Source: Clostridia bacterium | GTDB lineage: Bacteria; Bacillota; Clostridia; TANB77; CAG-508 | Assembly: GCA_045531335.1 (NCBI GenBank) | Contig: JAZSDU010000021.1 | Coordinates: 1 to 59,787 of the forward strand | DNA: 59,787 nt | Direction of reading: 5' to 3' | In this document: one piece after another, positions 23,213 to 32,832 of the stretch | Numbering within the stretch: the stretch's first letter is position 1 | Layout: every line of letters begins with the position of its first letter | The notes under the pieces: model-generated | Seen by the model: the letters and a program-made list of their open reading frames with translations, nothing else | Told to the model about the DNA's origin: nothing | Databases searched by the model: none | Program-made: the position numbers and the translations under genes

Positions 23213-23286
23213 GTAGGGGGTCGCACTCTTGGGCGACCCGCAGAAAAACAATTAATTTTCGGGGCGCCGAGGACTGCGCCCCCTAC
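23213..23286. repeat. REPIN-like pair of inverted GTAG REP palindromes
   Basis: GTAGGGGGTCGC..GCGACCC and its inverted partner GGGGCGCC..GCGCCCCCTAC; a GC-rich island in AT-rich DNA. Confidence 0.7.
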
Positions 23287-23337
23287 AAGTAAAAATTAAT
23301 TTAATCACGCAAACAACAATTTTAAGGAGAGAAAACA

Positions 23338-23982
23338 ATGAACAAACAAGAAATTTTAAACAAAGTAGATCACACAATTTTAGCACAAACAACAAAGTGG
23401 GAAGATATAAAGAAAATATGTGATGATGGAATTAAATACAATACAGCATCTGTTTGCATACCACCAAGCTATGTACAAGAAGCAAAAAAATATGTAAGCG
23501 AAAAACTTAAAATTTGCACAGTTATTGGTTTTCCAAATGGATATAACACAACTAATGTAAAAGTATATGAAACATTAGAAGCAATAGAAAAAGGTGCAGA
23601 TGAAATTGATATGGTTATAAACATAGGATGGCTTAAAGATAAAAAATATAAAGAAATTGAAAACGAAATAAGAACAATAAAAAATGTATGTGGAGATAAA
23701 ATCTTAAAAGTTATAATTGAAACATGTTTATTAACAGATGAAGAAAAAGTAAAAATGTGTGAAATAGTAGATAAATCAGGTGCAGATTATATAAAAACAT
23801 CAACAGGATTTTCTAGCTGTGGAGCAACATTTGAGGACATTAAATTATTTAAAGAAAGCTTAAAAAGTAGCAGTTTAAAAATAAAGGTCGCAGGGGGAGT
23901 AAAATCATTTGAAGACGCAGAGAAATTTATAGAATTAGGTGCAGATAGATTAGGGACAAGTAGGTTGATAAAATTAATGTAA
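23338..23982 (+). CDS. deoC: Deoxyribose-phosphate aldolase
   Basis: VDHTIL, VIGFPNG, GADEIDMV, KVIIET, YIKTSTGF, GADRLGTS. Confidence 0.96.
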   Translation: MNKQEILNKVDHTILAQTTKWEDIKKICDDGIKYNTASVCIPPSYVQEAKKYVSEKLKICTVIGFPNGYNTTNVKVYETLEAIEKGADEIDMVINIGWLKDKKYKEIENEIRTIKNVCGDKILKVIIETCLLTDEEKVKMCEIVDKSGADYIKTSTGFSSCGATFEDIKLFKESLKSSSLKIKVAGGVKSFEDAEKFIELGADRLGTSRLIKLM

Positions 23983-24101
23983 GAAAAAGAATTATATTAT
24001 GAGCAAATTAATAAAAGATATTGAAAATACTTGAAAGTTTGATAAAACGATGATAAAATATTTATGTTAACACCAACAATGTTTAAAGAGAGGTAATTTT
24101 A

Positions 24102-24404
24102 ATGAAAAAGGAAAAAACTTTTAAGGAAAGATTATTACAATTTTTTAGAATAAAACCAAAACAAGAAACACTAGAAAGTAATAAAAAAGATAATGAAGAA
24201 CCGTCAGATTTAAGAAAAATGTTGGCGCAAATAAAGAACCCTTATGAAGGAACAGAACCATGTGATTTTCGAGAAAGATGTAGAAGATTTGAAAGGTATC
24301 AAGATAAACCATCTGTTTTTTTGGATACAGAAGTTAGTTGTGTACCAAAATATGAATATGCGTCAATAAAAAAGCGTCAAGGAAAAGAACCAGAAGGACA
24401 TTAA
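24102..24404 (+). CDS. Hypothetical protein
   Basis: 100 aa with GAGGT RBS and a downstream terminator hairpin. Confidence 0.65.
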   Translation: MKKEKTFKERLLQFFRIKPKQETLESNKKDNEEPSDLRKMLAQIKNPYEGTEPCDFRERCRRFERYQDKPSVFLDTEVSCVPKYEYASIKKRQGKEPEGH

Positions 24405-24526
24405 ATAAAAAAGAAAAAGGGGAAAAGAACAACCCCTTTTTCTTTTTTCGGTAATTTTAGGCCAATTCATAGAAATTACCTCTTACATATTGAAATATAT
24501 ATAATTTTTTGATAAAATTAGACAAG

Positions 24527-24623
24527 AATAGAGTAGAGAGTAAGTAGTTAAGTGTTGCTAAACGGGAAGTTGTTAGCAAACGAAAAGGGAAACCTTGCTG
24601 ACTTATTTTCGCATTCCGCTATT
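24527..24623 (+). ncRNA. THF (tetrahydrofolate) riboswitch
   Basis: Matches THF-I landmarks AGAGTAG..GTTAAGTG..GGGA.GTTG..AACGAA..GCATTCCGCT; upstream of folT. Downstream AAGCTCC can pair with the RBS region GGGGCTT. Confidence 0.88.
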
Positions 24624-24686
24624 AAACAAAGATTTATCTTTATTGAACGTGGAAGCTCCAATAAAAAAACAAGGGGGCTTTTTATT

Positions 24687-26519
24687 ATGACAAAACTTAG
24701 TCTTACAAAAAGTAAAAAAATTATTTTATCTGCAATGCTATTAAGTATTTTAATAGTTCTTTCAAGATTTTTTTCAATAAAATCATCATTTTTAGTAATA
24801 AGTTTTAGTTTTATACCAATGATGCTTGCAGGAATTTATTTAGGACCTAAATATGCTGCAATAATTGCAGGTCTTGGAGATTTAATAGGCGCAATTTTAT
24901 TTCCGTTTGGAGCATATTTTCCAGGATTCACAATATCTTCAGCATTAATGGGGTTTGTGTATGGAATATTTTTATATAAAAAACCAGAAGAAAATAGAAA
25001 AGATTTTAAATTCATAATTCAACTAATTATTAGTAGCGTTATAGTGCTTGGGGGAATAAAGATTTTATTAGAATCTGTGTTTTTAAATGTACTATATGGA
25101 AAAGCTTATCTTGCAATTATTGCATCAAGATTAGTAACAGAATTAATTATGATTCCAGTACAGGTTATTACAATATTTATATTAGAAAAAGCTTTAAGAC
25201 CATTTACTAAAAAATATTTGTATAAAGAAGAAAAAGTTGGTATTGATGAATATTTAGATACATTTGATAAATTCACAAAAGACCCAAATTTGGATGCTAT
25301 GAAATACATAATGGATAAATTTGATAATCCTGAAAAACAAACAAAATTTATACATGTTTCAGGAACAAATGGCAAAGGAAGCATTTGTGAAATGATTGCA
25401 AAAGTTTTAGATAACACAGAATACAAGGTTGGAAAATTTATATCTCCACATTTAGTAAGATTTAATGATGGAATTTGGATTAATGATAAGCAAATTACAG
25501 ATGAAGAAGTAGAAGAGATTATGCTTCCATTATCTGAAGTAATATCTGAATACAACAAAACTCACAAAGTTCCAGTTAAATGGTTTGAGGCAATCACATC
25601 ACTTGCAATAATATATTTTGCAAAGCGAAAATGTGATTTAGCAATTTTAGAAGTAGGACTTGGAGGATTAAATGATTGTACAAATATTGTAGATGGAGAA
25701 ATTGCTGTTATTGGAAATATTGGATATGATCATGTAGATATTCTTGGGAATGATATTTTAGAAATTGCAAGACAAAAAGCAGGAATAATTAAGAATAACT
25801 CAGATACAGTAATTTTTAAGCAAGAACAAATAATGGAAGTTATAGAAGAAGAGTGCAAAAATAAAAATAGTAATTTACATGTTATAGAAAAAGCAGATAT
25901 AACAAATTGTTCTCTTGAAGGGGATTTGCAAAAATTTGATTATAAGACTTACAAAAACGTTGAAATAAACCTAAAAGGTAGATGTCAAACATATAATGCT
26001 TCACAAGTTTTAGAAGTTATTGATATATTAAAAGAAAAAGGCTTTAAAATTTCAAATGAAGCAATATATCAAGGACTAAAAACAGTTGTACATAGAGCAA
26101 GATTAGAAGTTTTAAGCAAACGTCCATTAATAATATTTGATGGTGGACACAACGAAAATGCTATGAAAAATTTAGAAGAAAATATTAAAGAATATTATCA
26201 AGACAATAAAAGAGTGTATATTGTATCAATATTAAATACAAAAGATTATAAAACAATTATAAAAAATATATGCCAAGATAAAAATGCAATTTTCTTTTTT
26301 ACAAGTGGTAATAACAAAACAAGATATGTGTCAAAAAATAAATTATATAAAGAGGCTAAAAAATATTTAAATGATGTAAATATGTATAAAGAAGAATTTG
26401 AAGATGCATTAGATATTTGTATAAAAGTGTATAATGATAGAACAATATTGGTAATAGGTAGTTTTTATGTGTATAAAGATGCAATAAAATATTTGGAGGA
26501 TAAAATTATTAATGATTAA
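24687..26519 (+). CDS. folT-folC: Fusion of folate ECF S-component (FolT) and folylpolyglutamate synthase (FolC), about 610 aa
   Basis: N-terminal multi-TM S component (GP..GLGDLIG..GAYFPGFT); C-terminal FolC motifs HVSGTNGKGS, SPHL, EVGLGGLNDCTN, DGGHN, GSFY. Start at ATG 24687 after the riboswitch. Confidence 0.9.
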   Translation: MTKLSLTKSKKIILSAMLLSILIVLSRFFSIKSSFLVISFSFIPMMLAGIYLGPKYAAIIAGLGDLIGAILFPFGAYFPGFTISSALMGFVYGIFLYKKPEENRKDFKFIIQLIISSVIVLGGIKILLESVFLNVLYGKAYLAIIASRLVTELIMIPVQVITIFILEKALRPFTKKYLYKEEKVGIDEYLDTFDKFTKDPNLDAMKYIMDKFDNPEKQTKFIHVSGTNGKGSICEMIAKVLDNTEYKVGKFISPHLVRFNDGIWINDKQITDEEVEEIMLPLSEVISEYNKTHKVPVKWFEAITSLAIIYFAKRKCDLAILEVGLGGLNDCTNIVDGEIAVIGNIGYDHVDILGNDILEIARQKAGIIKNNSDTVIFKQEQIMEVIEEECKNKNSNLHVIEKADITNCSLEGDLQKFDYKTYKNVEINLKGRCQTYNASQVLEVIDILKEKGFKISNEAIYQGLKTVVHRARLEVLSKRPLIIFDGGHNENAMKNLEENIKEYYQDNKRVYIVSILNTKDYKTIIKNICQDKNAIFFFTSGNNKTRYVSKNKLYKEAKKYLNDVNMYKEEFEDALDICIKVYNDRTILVIGSFYVYKDAIKYLEDKIIND

Positions 26520-27325
26520 ATTACAAAATGTTAATTTTAGATATAAAAATGGAAAAGATGTTTTAAAAGATATAAACCTAGAAATAAAAGAAGGAGAATT
26601 TATTAGTATTATTGGCAAAAATGGTTCTCGGAAAGTCTACTATGGCAAAACTTATTTCAGGACTAGAAAAACCAAGTAAAGGACAAGTTTTAGTAGATGA
26701 CATTAATACTTCTGACAAAAAATCTTTTTTGGATATAAGAAAAAAAGTTGGAATTGTTTTCCAAAATCCAGAAAATCAAATTTTATTTAACAATGTATTT
26801 GATGATATAGCATTTACAATGAAAAATTTAAAAATAGAAAATTATAAAGAAAAAATAGAAAATGCTTTGAAAAAATTAAATATGCAAGAGTTCTTAAATA
26901 ATGAAATATATAATTTATCACTTGGCCAAAAACAACGTGTAACAATAGCAGGCGCAGTTGCACAAGAACCAAAATACATAGTATTAGATGAGCCTACAAC
27001 GATGATAGATCCAGAGGGTAAAGAAGCGGTATATACTACAATTAAAGAATTAAAAAAACAAAATTATACAATTGTTTATATAACTAATTTTATAGATGAA
27101 ATATTAATGTCAGATAAAATAATTGTAATAGAAAATGGACAAATACTTAAAGCTTTTGCAAAAAAAGACATATTAGAAAATGTAGATTTTTTGAAAGAGC
27201 ATGGAATTAAAATTCCTTATGGAGTTGAATTAGTATACGAATTAAAAAAGAATGGAGTAAATATTGAAATAGAAAACTGGGATAAAAAAAGTGTTATGGA
27301 TAAAATAATTGAGGTGACAAAATGA
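26512..27325 (+). CDS. ecfA: ECF transporter ATPase; needs +1 shift at CGG 26629 (about 270 aa)
   Basis: ATG overlaps the folC end; skipping C26629 restores Walker A GKNGSGKST, then FQNPENQ, LSLGQKQR, LDEPT. Confidence 0.9.
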
Positions 27326-27897
27326 AAAATCTAATTAAATTTATTCTATTTTTAATGTATACAATAGGAGTATTTTTTGTAGAAGATTATATATCATTTG
27401 GATTAATTGCATTATTCAATATAATTCTTATGATAATAGCTAAAATCAGTTTAAAAAATGCATTTAATAACACTATTAAATTAATGCCATTTATATTATT
27501 TACAATTGCTATTAATACAATATTTGTAGATTTAAGATTTTCTATATTAATAGGTATAAGATTAATATTAATACGAAATTTAACATATATATTTTCAAAA
27601 ACAATTTCATATATGGAATTTGCACGAGTAATCGAAAAAATGGTATATCCATTAAAATTATTTGGTATTAATCCAGAAGAAATAGGTTTAATTGTTATAA
27701 TTGCACTTTCGTTTATACCAATAATAAAAAATGAATTTGATCAAATAAGGAATGTATTAAAAGTAAAAGGAATAAAACCAACTACTTTTAATTTGTTAAA
27801 AAATTTAGGATTAATTTTTAAACCGTTTTTAATTTCGATTATGCAAAGACTAAATGAAATAGAAATGTCTTTAAAAGCAAAAGGATATCAAGAATAA
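27322..27897 (+). CDS. ecfT: ECF transporter transmembrane T component
   Basis: Hydrophobic CbiQ-like protein (IALSFIP, KVKG/KAKGY in place of XRX motifs) overlapping the ecfA stop. Confidence 0.8.
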   Translation: MKNLIKFILFLMYTIGVFFVEDYISFGLIALFNIILMIIAKISLKNAFNNTIKLMPFILFTIAINTIFVDLRFSILIGIRLILIRNLTYIFSKTISYMEFARVIEKMVYPLKLFGINPEEIGLIVIIALSFIPIIKNEFDQIRNVLKVKGIKPTTFNLLKNLGLIFKPFLISIMQRLNEIEMSLKAKGYQE

Positions 27898-28037
27898 AAA
27901 TGTAAAAATATGGAAGAAAAGTATTGCAAAATACTTTTCTTTTGTTATATAATAAAAATAATTTAAATCTAACAAATTTTTTCTTAAGGCACTTCGCCTA
28001 TAAAATTCACATTAATTTAAAATTTAATAATGAAAGG

Positions 28038-28934
28038 ATGATAAATATAGAATTTAAGAAAATAGAGGAAGGTATTATACCTATTTATGAAAATGAGTCG
28101 AAAGAAAGGCTAATTAATGCGAGAGAGTTGCATCAAGTTTTAAGAAACAAAAGACAGTTTGCTAATTGGATAAAACAAAGAATCGAACAGTATGGCTTTG
28201 TTGAAAATAAAGAATATATCCGCTTTAACAATTTTGTTAAAGGGGATAAAAAAGGATATGGAAACAAAGCTAAAATTGAGTATTATTTAACTATAGATAT
28301 GGCTAAAGAACTTTGTATGGTGGAAAATAATGAAACTGGAAAAAAATTAAGAATATATTTTATAGAAATCGAAAAAAGGTATAGACAAATAATTAATAAT
28401 CCATCAAATATATTTGATTTTATGAGATTAGCATTAGATGAAATGGGAAGAAATGAAAAGGAAATTAAATATGTTAAGAAATTAGCATTAAATAATAAGT
28501 CTGAAATAGAAAATTTAAAATCAAAGATAGATATTAGAATCCAAAATAATTACTGCTTAGCATCCGATATAGCAGAACAATTAAATTTATATTCTGAAAA
28601 TAAAATTCCACATTCAAATTTAATAGGAGCAATTGCAAGAGAACTAGGATACAAAGTGTCATATAAACATTATTATGAAGATGAGTATATAGCAATAATA
28701 AAAGATATTAGTAAAAATGAATATTGGCAAGTGTATTTTAAACCGAAAGCAGTTAAACAAATAATAGAATGGTTTAATAAGAATAAAGAAGAAATATATT
28801 ATGAAATACAATATATAAAAAATACTAAAAATGGTAAAAAGGGTGAAGTAAAAGAGAAAGGCTATAAGATAGAAAATATATCATATAAAATTCAGCCACT
28901 AATAAAGGAAGAATTAGAAAGGACAAGTAAATGA
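28038..28934 (+). CDS. AntA/AntB antirepressor-family DNA-binding protein
   Basis: INARELHQVL..FANWIKQRI..YGFVEN..EYYLTIDMAKELCMVE. Start uncertain (ATG 28038 or ATA 28047). Confidence 0.82.
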   Translation: MINIEFKKIEEGIIPIYENESKERLINARELHQVLRNKRQFANWIKQRIEQYGFVENKEYIRFNNFVKGDKKGYGNKAKIEYYLTIDMAKELCMVENNETGKKLRIYFIEIEKRYRQIINNPSNIFDFMRLALDEMGRNEKEIKYVKKLALNNKSEIENLKSKIDIRIQNNYCLASDIAEQLNLYSENKIPHSNLIGAIARELGYKVSYKHYYEDEYIAIIKDISKNEYWQVYFKPKAVKQIIEWFNKNKEEIYYEIQYIKNTKNGKKGEVKEKGYKIENISYKIQPLIKEELERTSK

Positions 28935-30468
28935 TATCAATAGTAAAAAGTATGTCCTTACATGGACTTGAGGGGTATCCAATAGAAGTGCAAGTTGATG
29001 TATCAGGAGGACTTCCATGTTTTGAAATTGTAGGACTTCCAGATACGAGTATAAGAGAGGCAAAGGAAAGAGTAAAAACAGCAATAAAAAATTCAGGCTT
29101 TGAGCTTCAAAGTAGAAGAATAATTGTAAATCTTGCACCAGCAAATACTAAAAAAGAAGGTTCTTATCTAGATTTACCTATTGCAATAGCAATACTTCTA
29201 AACATAGAAGAAATTCAAAAACAAGACTTATCAAATACCATATTTATTGGTGAATTATCTTTAGATGGGAAGATTAACAAAATAAATGGTGTGTTACCAA
29301 TTTGTATAGAAGCAAGGCGTTTAGGAATAGAAAAAGTTATTGTTCCTTTAGAAAATAGCAATGAAGCTGCAATAGTTAATGGAATAGATGTAATAGGAGT
29401 AAAAACTTTAAAAGAAGTAGTAGAGTATTTAAACGGGGTAATCAAATTAACTCCTAATAAAATAAATGTAAAAACATATTTTGAGCAAAACAATAAATAT
29501 TTATTAGATTTTGCAGAAGTAAAAGGTCAAGAAAATATAAAAAGGGCACTAGAAGTATCTGCTGCTGGTGGGCACAATTGTCTTTTGATTCGGAAGTCCA
29601 GGCTCCCGGTAAAACGATGATGGCAAGAAGAATACCAACAATACTTCCAGATTTAAGTTTTGAAGAAGCACTAGAAACAACAAAAATTCATAGCATTGCA
29701 GGAACTCTTCCTAAGGATACACCAATAATAACAACAAGACCATTTCGAGCACCACATCATACAGTATCAGCTGTTTCTTTAGTAGGTGGTGGAAAAATTC
29801 CAAAACCAGGGGAAATTAGTTTAGCACATTATGGGGTACTATTTTTAGATGAACTTCCGGAATTTAATAAACAAACATTAGAGGTCATGAGAGGACCTTT
29901 AGAAGATAGAATAATTACAATAAGCAGAATAAATGCAACACTTACATATCCGTGTAACTTCATGTTTGTTGCATCTATGAATCCTTGCAGTTGTGGATTT
30001 TATGGCTCAAAAGAAAAAGAATGTACATGTTCTCCTCAATCAATTGCAAGATACATGAATAAAATAAGTGGGCCATTATTAGATAGAATTGATATTCAAA
30101 TAGAAGTAACACCTGTTAAATATCAAAAACTAGATGAAGAAGGCTTATCCGAGAGCTCAAGTCAGATAAAAGAAAGAGTTAATAAAGCTAGAAAAATTCA
30201 ACAAGAAAGATATAAAAATGATGGGATTTATTCTAATGCAGAACTTACTCCTAAACTAACTGGGAAATATTGCAAACTAGATGGACCAAGTAGAACACTT
30301 CTGCAAAAAGCATTTGAAAAGTTAGGATTAAGTGCAAGGGCGCATGGAAGAATATTAAAAGTTGCAAGAACTATTGCAGATTTGGAAGAGAGTGAAAATA
30401 TAGAGCAAAAACATATTGCAGAAGCTATTCAGTATAGAAGCTTAGATAAAAAATATTGGAAGAATTAG
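28931..30468 (+). CDS. comM: YifB/ComM Mg-chelatase-like AAA+ ATPase; needs two +1 shifts at CGG 29591 and 29607 (about 511 aa)
   Basis: IVGLPD, NLAPA, AAGGHN; skipping both Cs gives Walker A LLIGSPGSGKT; PFRAPHH, LFLDELPEF, SGPLLDRID. Confidence 0.92.
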
Positions 30469-30475
30469 AGGTTGA

Positions 30476-31328
30476 ATGGAAGATTATATAGAGATAAATA
30501 TAAATGATGAAATATATCCAACTAAATTAAAAGAAATAAAAAATCCACCTAAAAAATTATTTTTAAGAGGCAATTTAGAATTACTTCGGAAGTAATTCAA
30601 TAGCAATAGTGGGATCTAGAGAGTGCACTTCCTATGGATTTTACAAGGCTTATGAATTTGCAAAAGAATTATCAAAAAAAGGAATATGCGTAATTAGCGG
30701 ACTAGCACAGGGAATAGATACTGCAGCACATTTAGGAGCAATGCATCAAAAAGGAAAAACAATAGCAGTGCTTGGAACAGGACTTAATAAAATTTATCCT
30801 AAAGAAAATGAAATATTAGCTGAGTCTATTATAAAAAATGGAGGACTAATAATTTCAGAATACGGATTATATCAAGAAAGAAAGTCAGAGAATTTCCCAA
30901 AAAGAAATAGAATAATGAGTGGATTATCAGATGGGATATTAGTAATAGAGGCAAGAAAGAAAAGTGGAACATTAATTACTGCGAGATATGCTAAAGAACA
31001 AGGAAGGAAAGTATTCTCACTTCCGGGAAATGTTGATATTATAAATAGTAGAGGTACAAATGAGTTAATAAAAAATGGAGCAACATTGGTAACAGAAGTA
31101 AAAGACATATTAAATGAGTTTACACTACAAAACAAAGAGGAAAATAAAGAAGAAGTCAATCAGGAATATAAAAAAGTATATGATGTGTTGGAAGATTTCC
31201 CAATGCATATTAATGAAATATGTAAAAAAACAAACAGTTCTATGGCAGAAGTAAATCAAATTATTACAATGCTTGAAATAGAAGGATTAATAAAATCTCT
31301 TCCAAACAATCAATTTGTAAAGGGGTAA
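30476..31328 (+). CDS. dprA: DNA-processing protein DprA; needs +1 shift at CGG 30587 (about 283 aa)
   Basis: N-terminal YPTKLKEIKNPPKKLFLRGN joins SIAIVGSR, ISGLAQGID, FPKRNRI and SGTLITA when C30587 is skipped. Confidence 0.92.
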
Positions 31329-31332
31329 TAAA

Positions 31333-31692
31333 ATGTATATAAACCAAGAAATAGGAAAATTAGGTGAAGACATTGCAGTAAATTATTTAAAGCAAAAAGG
31401 TTATAAAATTTTAGATAGAAATTTTGAATGTAGACAAGGTGAATTAGATATAATTGCGCTAGATAAAAAAGAAATAGTTTTTATTGAAGTGAAAACTAGA
31501 ACAAGTAATAGATATGGATCTCCTTCAGAAGCTGTAAATAAAATAAAGCAAAAACATATGTTGCAAACCATTAAGTATTATTTGTATATTAGAAATTTAA
31601 ATGATGAATTTGTAAGAATTGATGTGATTGAAGTGTATATAAGAGATAATGTTTATAAGGTGAATCATATTAAGAAAGCTTTGGAGGGATAA
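31333..31692 (+). CDS. yraN: YraN-family (UPF0102) nuclease
   Basis: GKLGEDIA..GELDIIA..FIEVKTR..RIDVI. Confidence 0.93.
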   Translation: MYINQEIGKLGEDIAVNYLKQKGYKILDRNFECRQGELDIIALDKKEIVFIEVKTRTSNRYGSPSEAVNKIKQKHMLQTIKYYLYIRNLNDEFVRIDVIEVYIRDNVYKVNHIKKALEG

Positions 31693-31765
31693 AAATTGAA
31701 ATATAATTTACAGGTTTAATAAAATCTGTTATAATGTTGGAAATAGTAGTTTAAGGAGATATAAA

Positions 31766-32278
31766 ATGTTATTTATATTAGCGCAAATCTGTGGATTTAT
31801 TATATTAATATTAACAGTAATAAGTGTTCAATTTAAAACTAAAGAAAAAATAGTTATGTGTTTTGTTTTTGCAAATATTATAGCTGCAGTACAGTATTTT
31901 TTGTTGAGTGCATTTACAGGAGCAGTTATATCTGTTATAAATGCAATAAGATGCATAGTATTTTATTATTATAAAAAGAAAGAAATGAAACCATCTTTAA
32001 TTATACTGATTATTTTTGAAATGATAGCAATAATTTCTGGTATATTTACATGGCAAAACATATGGAGTTTAATTCCTATAATAGTTACAGTTATTTATAC
32101 TTATGGGTTATGGCAAGATAATGTAACAGTAATAAGAATAACAACAGGAATTGCTGGATTCGGATGGGCTATCTATAATATAATTGTAATGGCATATGTA
32201 GGAGCAGTGCAAGAAATATCACAATTAGGTTCTTCTGTTATTGCAATAGTTAGGAACAAGGAAAAAATAAAAGAATAA
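31766..32278 (+). CDS. YgjV-family inner membrane protein
   Basis: Multi-TM with AQICG, QYFLLSAFTGA, WAIYN pattern. Confidence 0.75.
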   Translation: MLFILAQICGFIILILTVISVQFKTKEKIVMCFVFANIIAAVQYFLLSAFTGAVISVINAIRCIVFYYYKKKEMKPSLIILIIFEMIAIISGIFTWQNIWSLIPIIVTVIYTYGLWQDNVTVIRITTGIAGFGWAIYNIIVMAYVGAVQEISQLGSSVIAIVRNKEKIKE

Positions 32279-32293
32279 ATTATATATTTTATA

Positions 32294-32662
32294 ATGAAAG
32301 GAAAAGTGAAAATGAATTTAGATTATGATTTTGCTAATAAATGGTTAAGCAAATTAAAAGAATACTGGTTTAATAAAGATACAGATAAAGCAGTTTCATT
32401 ATTCGAAAAAACAACATACTATCAAGAAACACCGTTTATGAAACCATATACTACATTTGATGAAATTAACCAAGAATGGCAACATGTAAAGGATCAAGAT
32501 ATAAATAAAATAGAATTTAATATATTGGCAATAGATAATAATACTTTAATAGTTAATTGGTTATTTGAAAATGCGAATGAAATATTTGATGGAATATATG
32601 AAATAAAATTTAATGATAATTTAGAATGTATTTATTTTAAAAGTTGGGAAATGTCAAAATAA
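32294..32662 (+). CDS. NTF2/SnoaL-like protein
   Basis: LF...YQETPF..EI.QEW..DGIYEIKF..C.YF..W pattern; start may be the second Met. Confidence 0.6.
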   Translation: MKGKVKMNLDYDFANKWLSKLKEYWFNKDTDKAVSLFEKTTYYQETPFMKPYTTFDEINQEWQHVKDQDINKIEFNILAIDNNTLIVNWLFENANEIFDGIYEIKFNDNLECIYFKSWEMSK

Positions 32663-32832
32663 GAAAGCAAGCTCAAATCGGCGAGAAGAAAAGTGTGCAA
32701 AGCCACTTTTCTTGTGTATTGTACAAAAATATAATAATTTTAGAAAATTTTGAATTTTGAGAAAAAAATATTTGAATAATGTCTTATTTAGTGGTAGAAT
32801 ATTTCTCATGTTGATAATAAGGAGATGTAAAA

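Noticed and set aside
24552-24686. 45-aa N-terminal extension of the FolT-FolC ORF
   Set aside because: It overlaps the THF riboswitch; the RBS and S-component homology begin at ATG 24687.
27924-28934. Prophage
   Set aside because: The AntA-like gene (and Bro-like dinD) has no accompanying integrase, structural or lysis genes.
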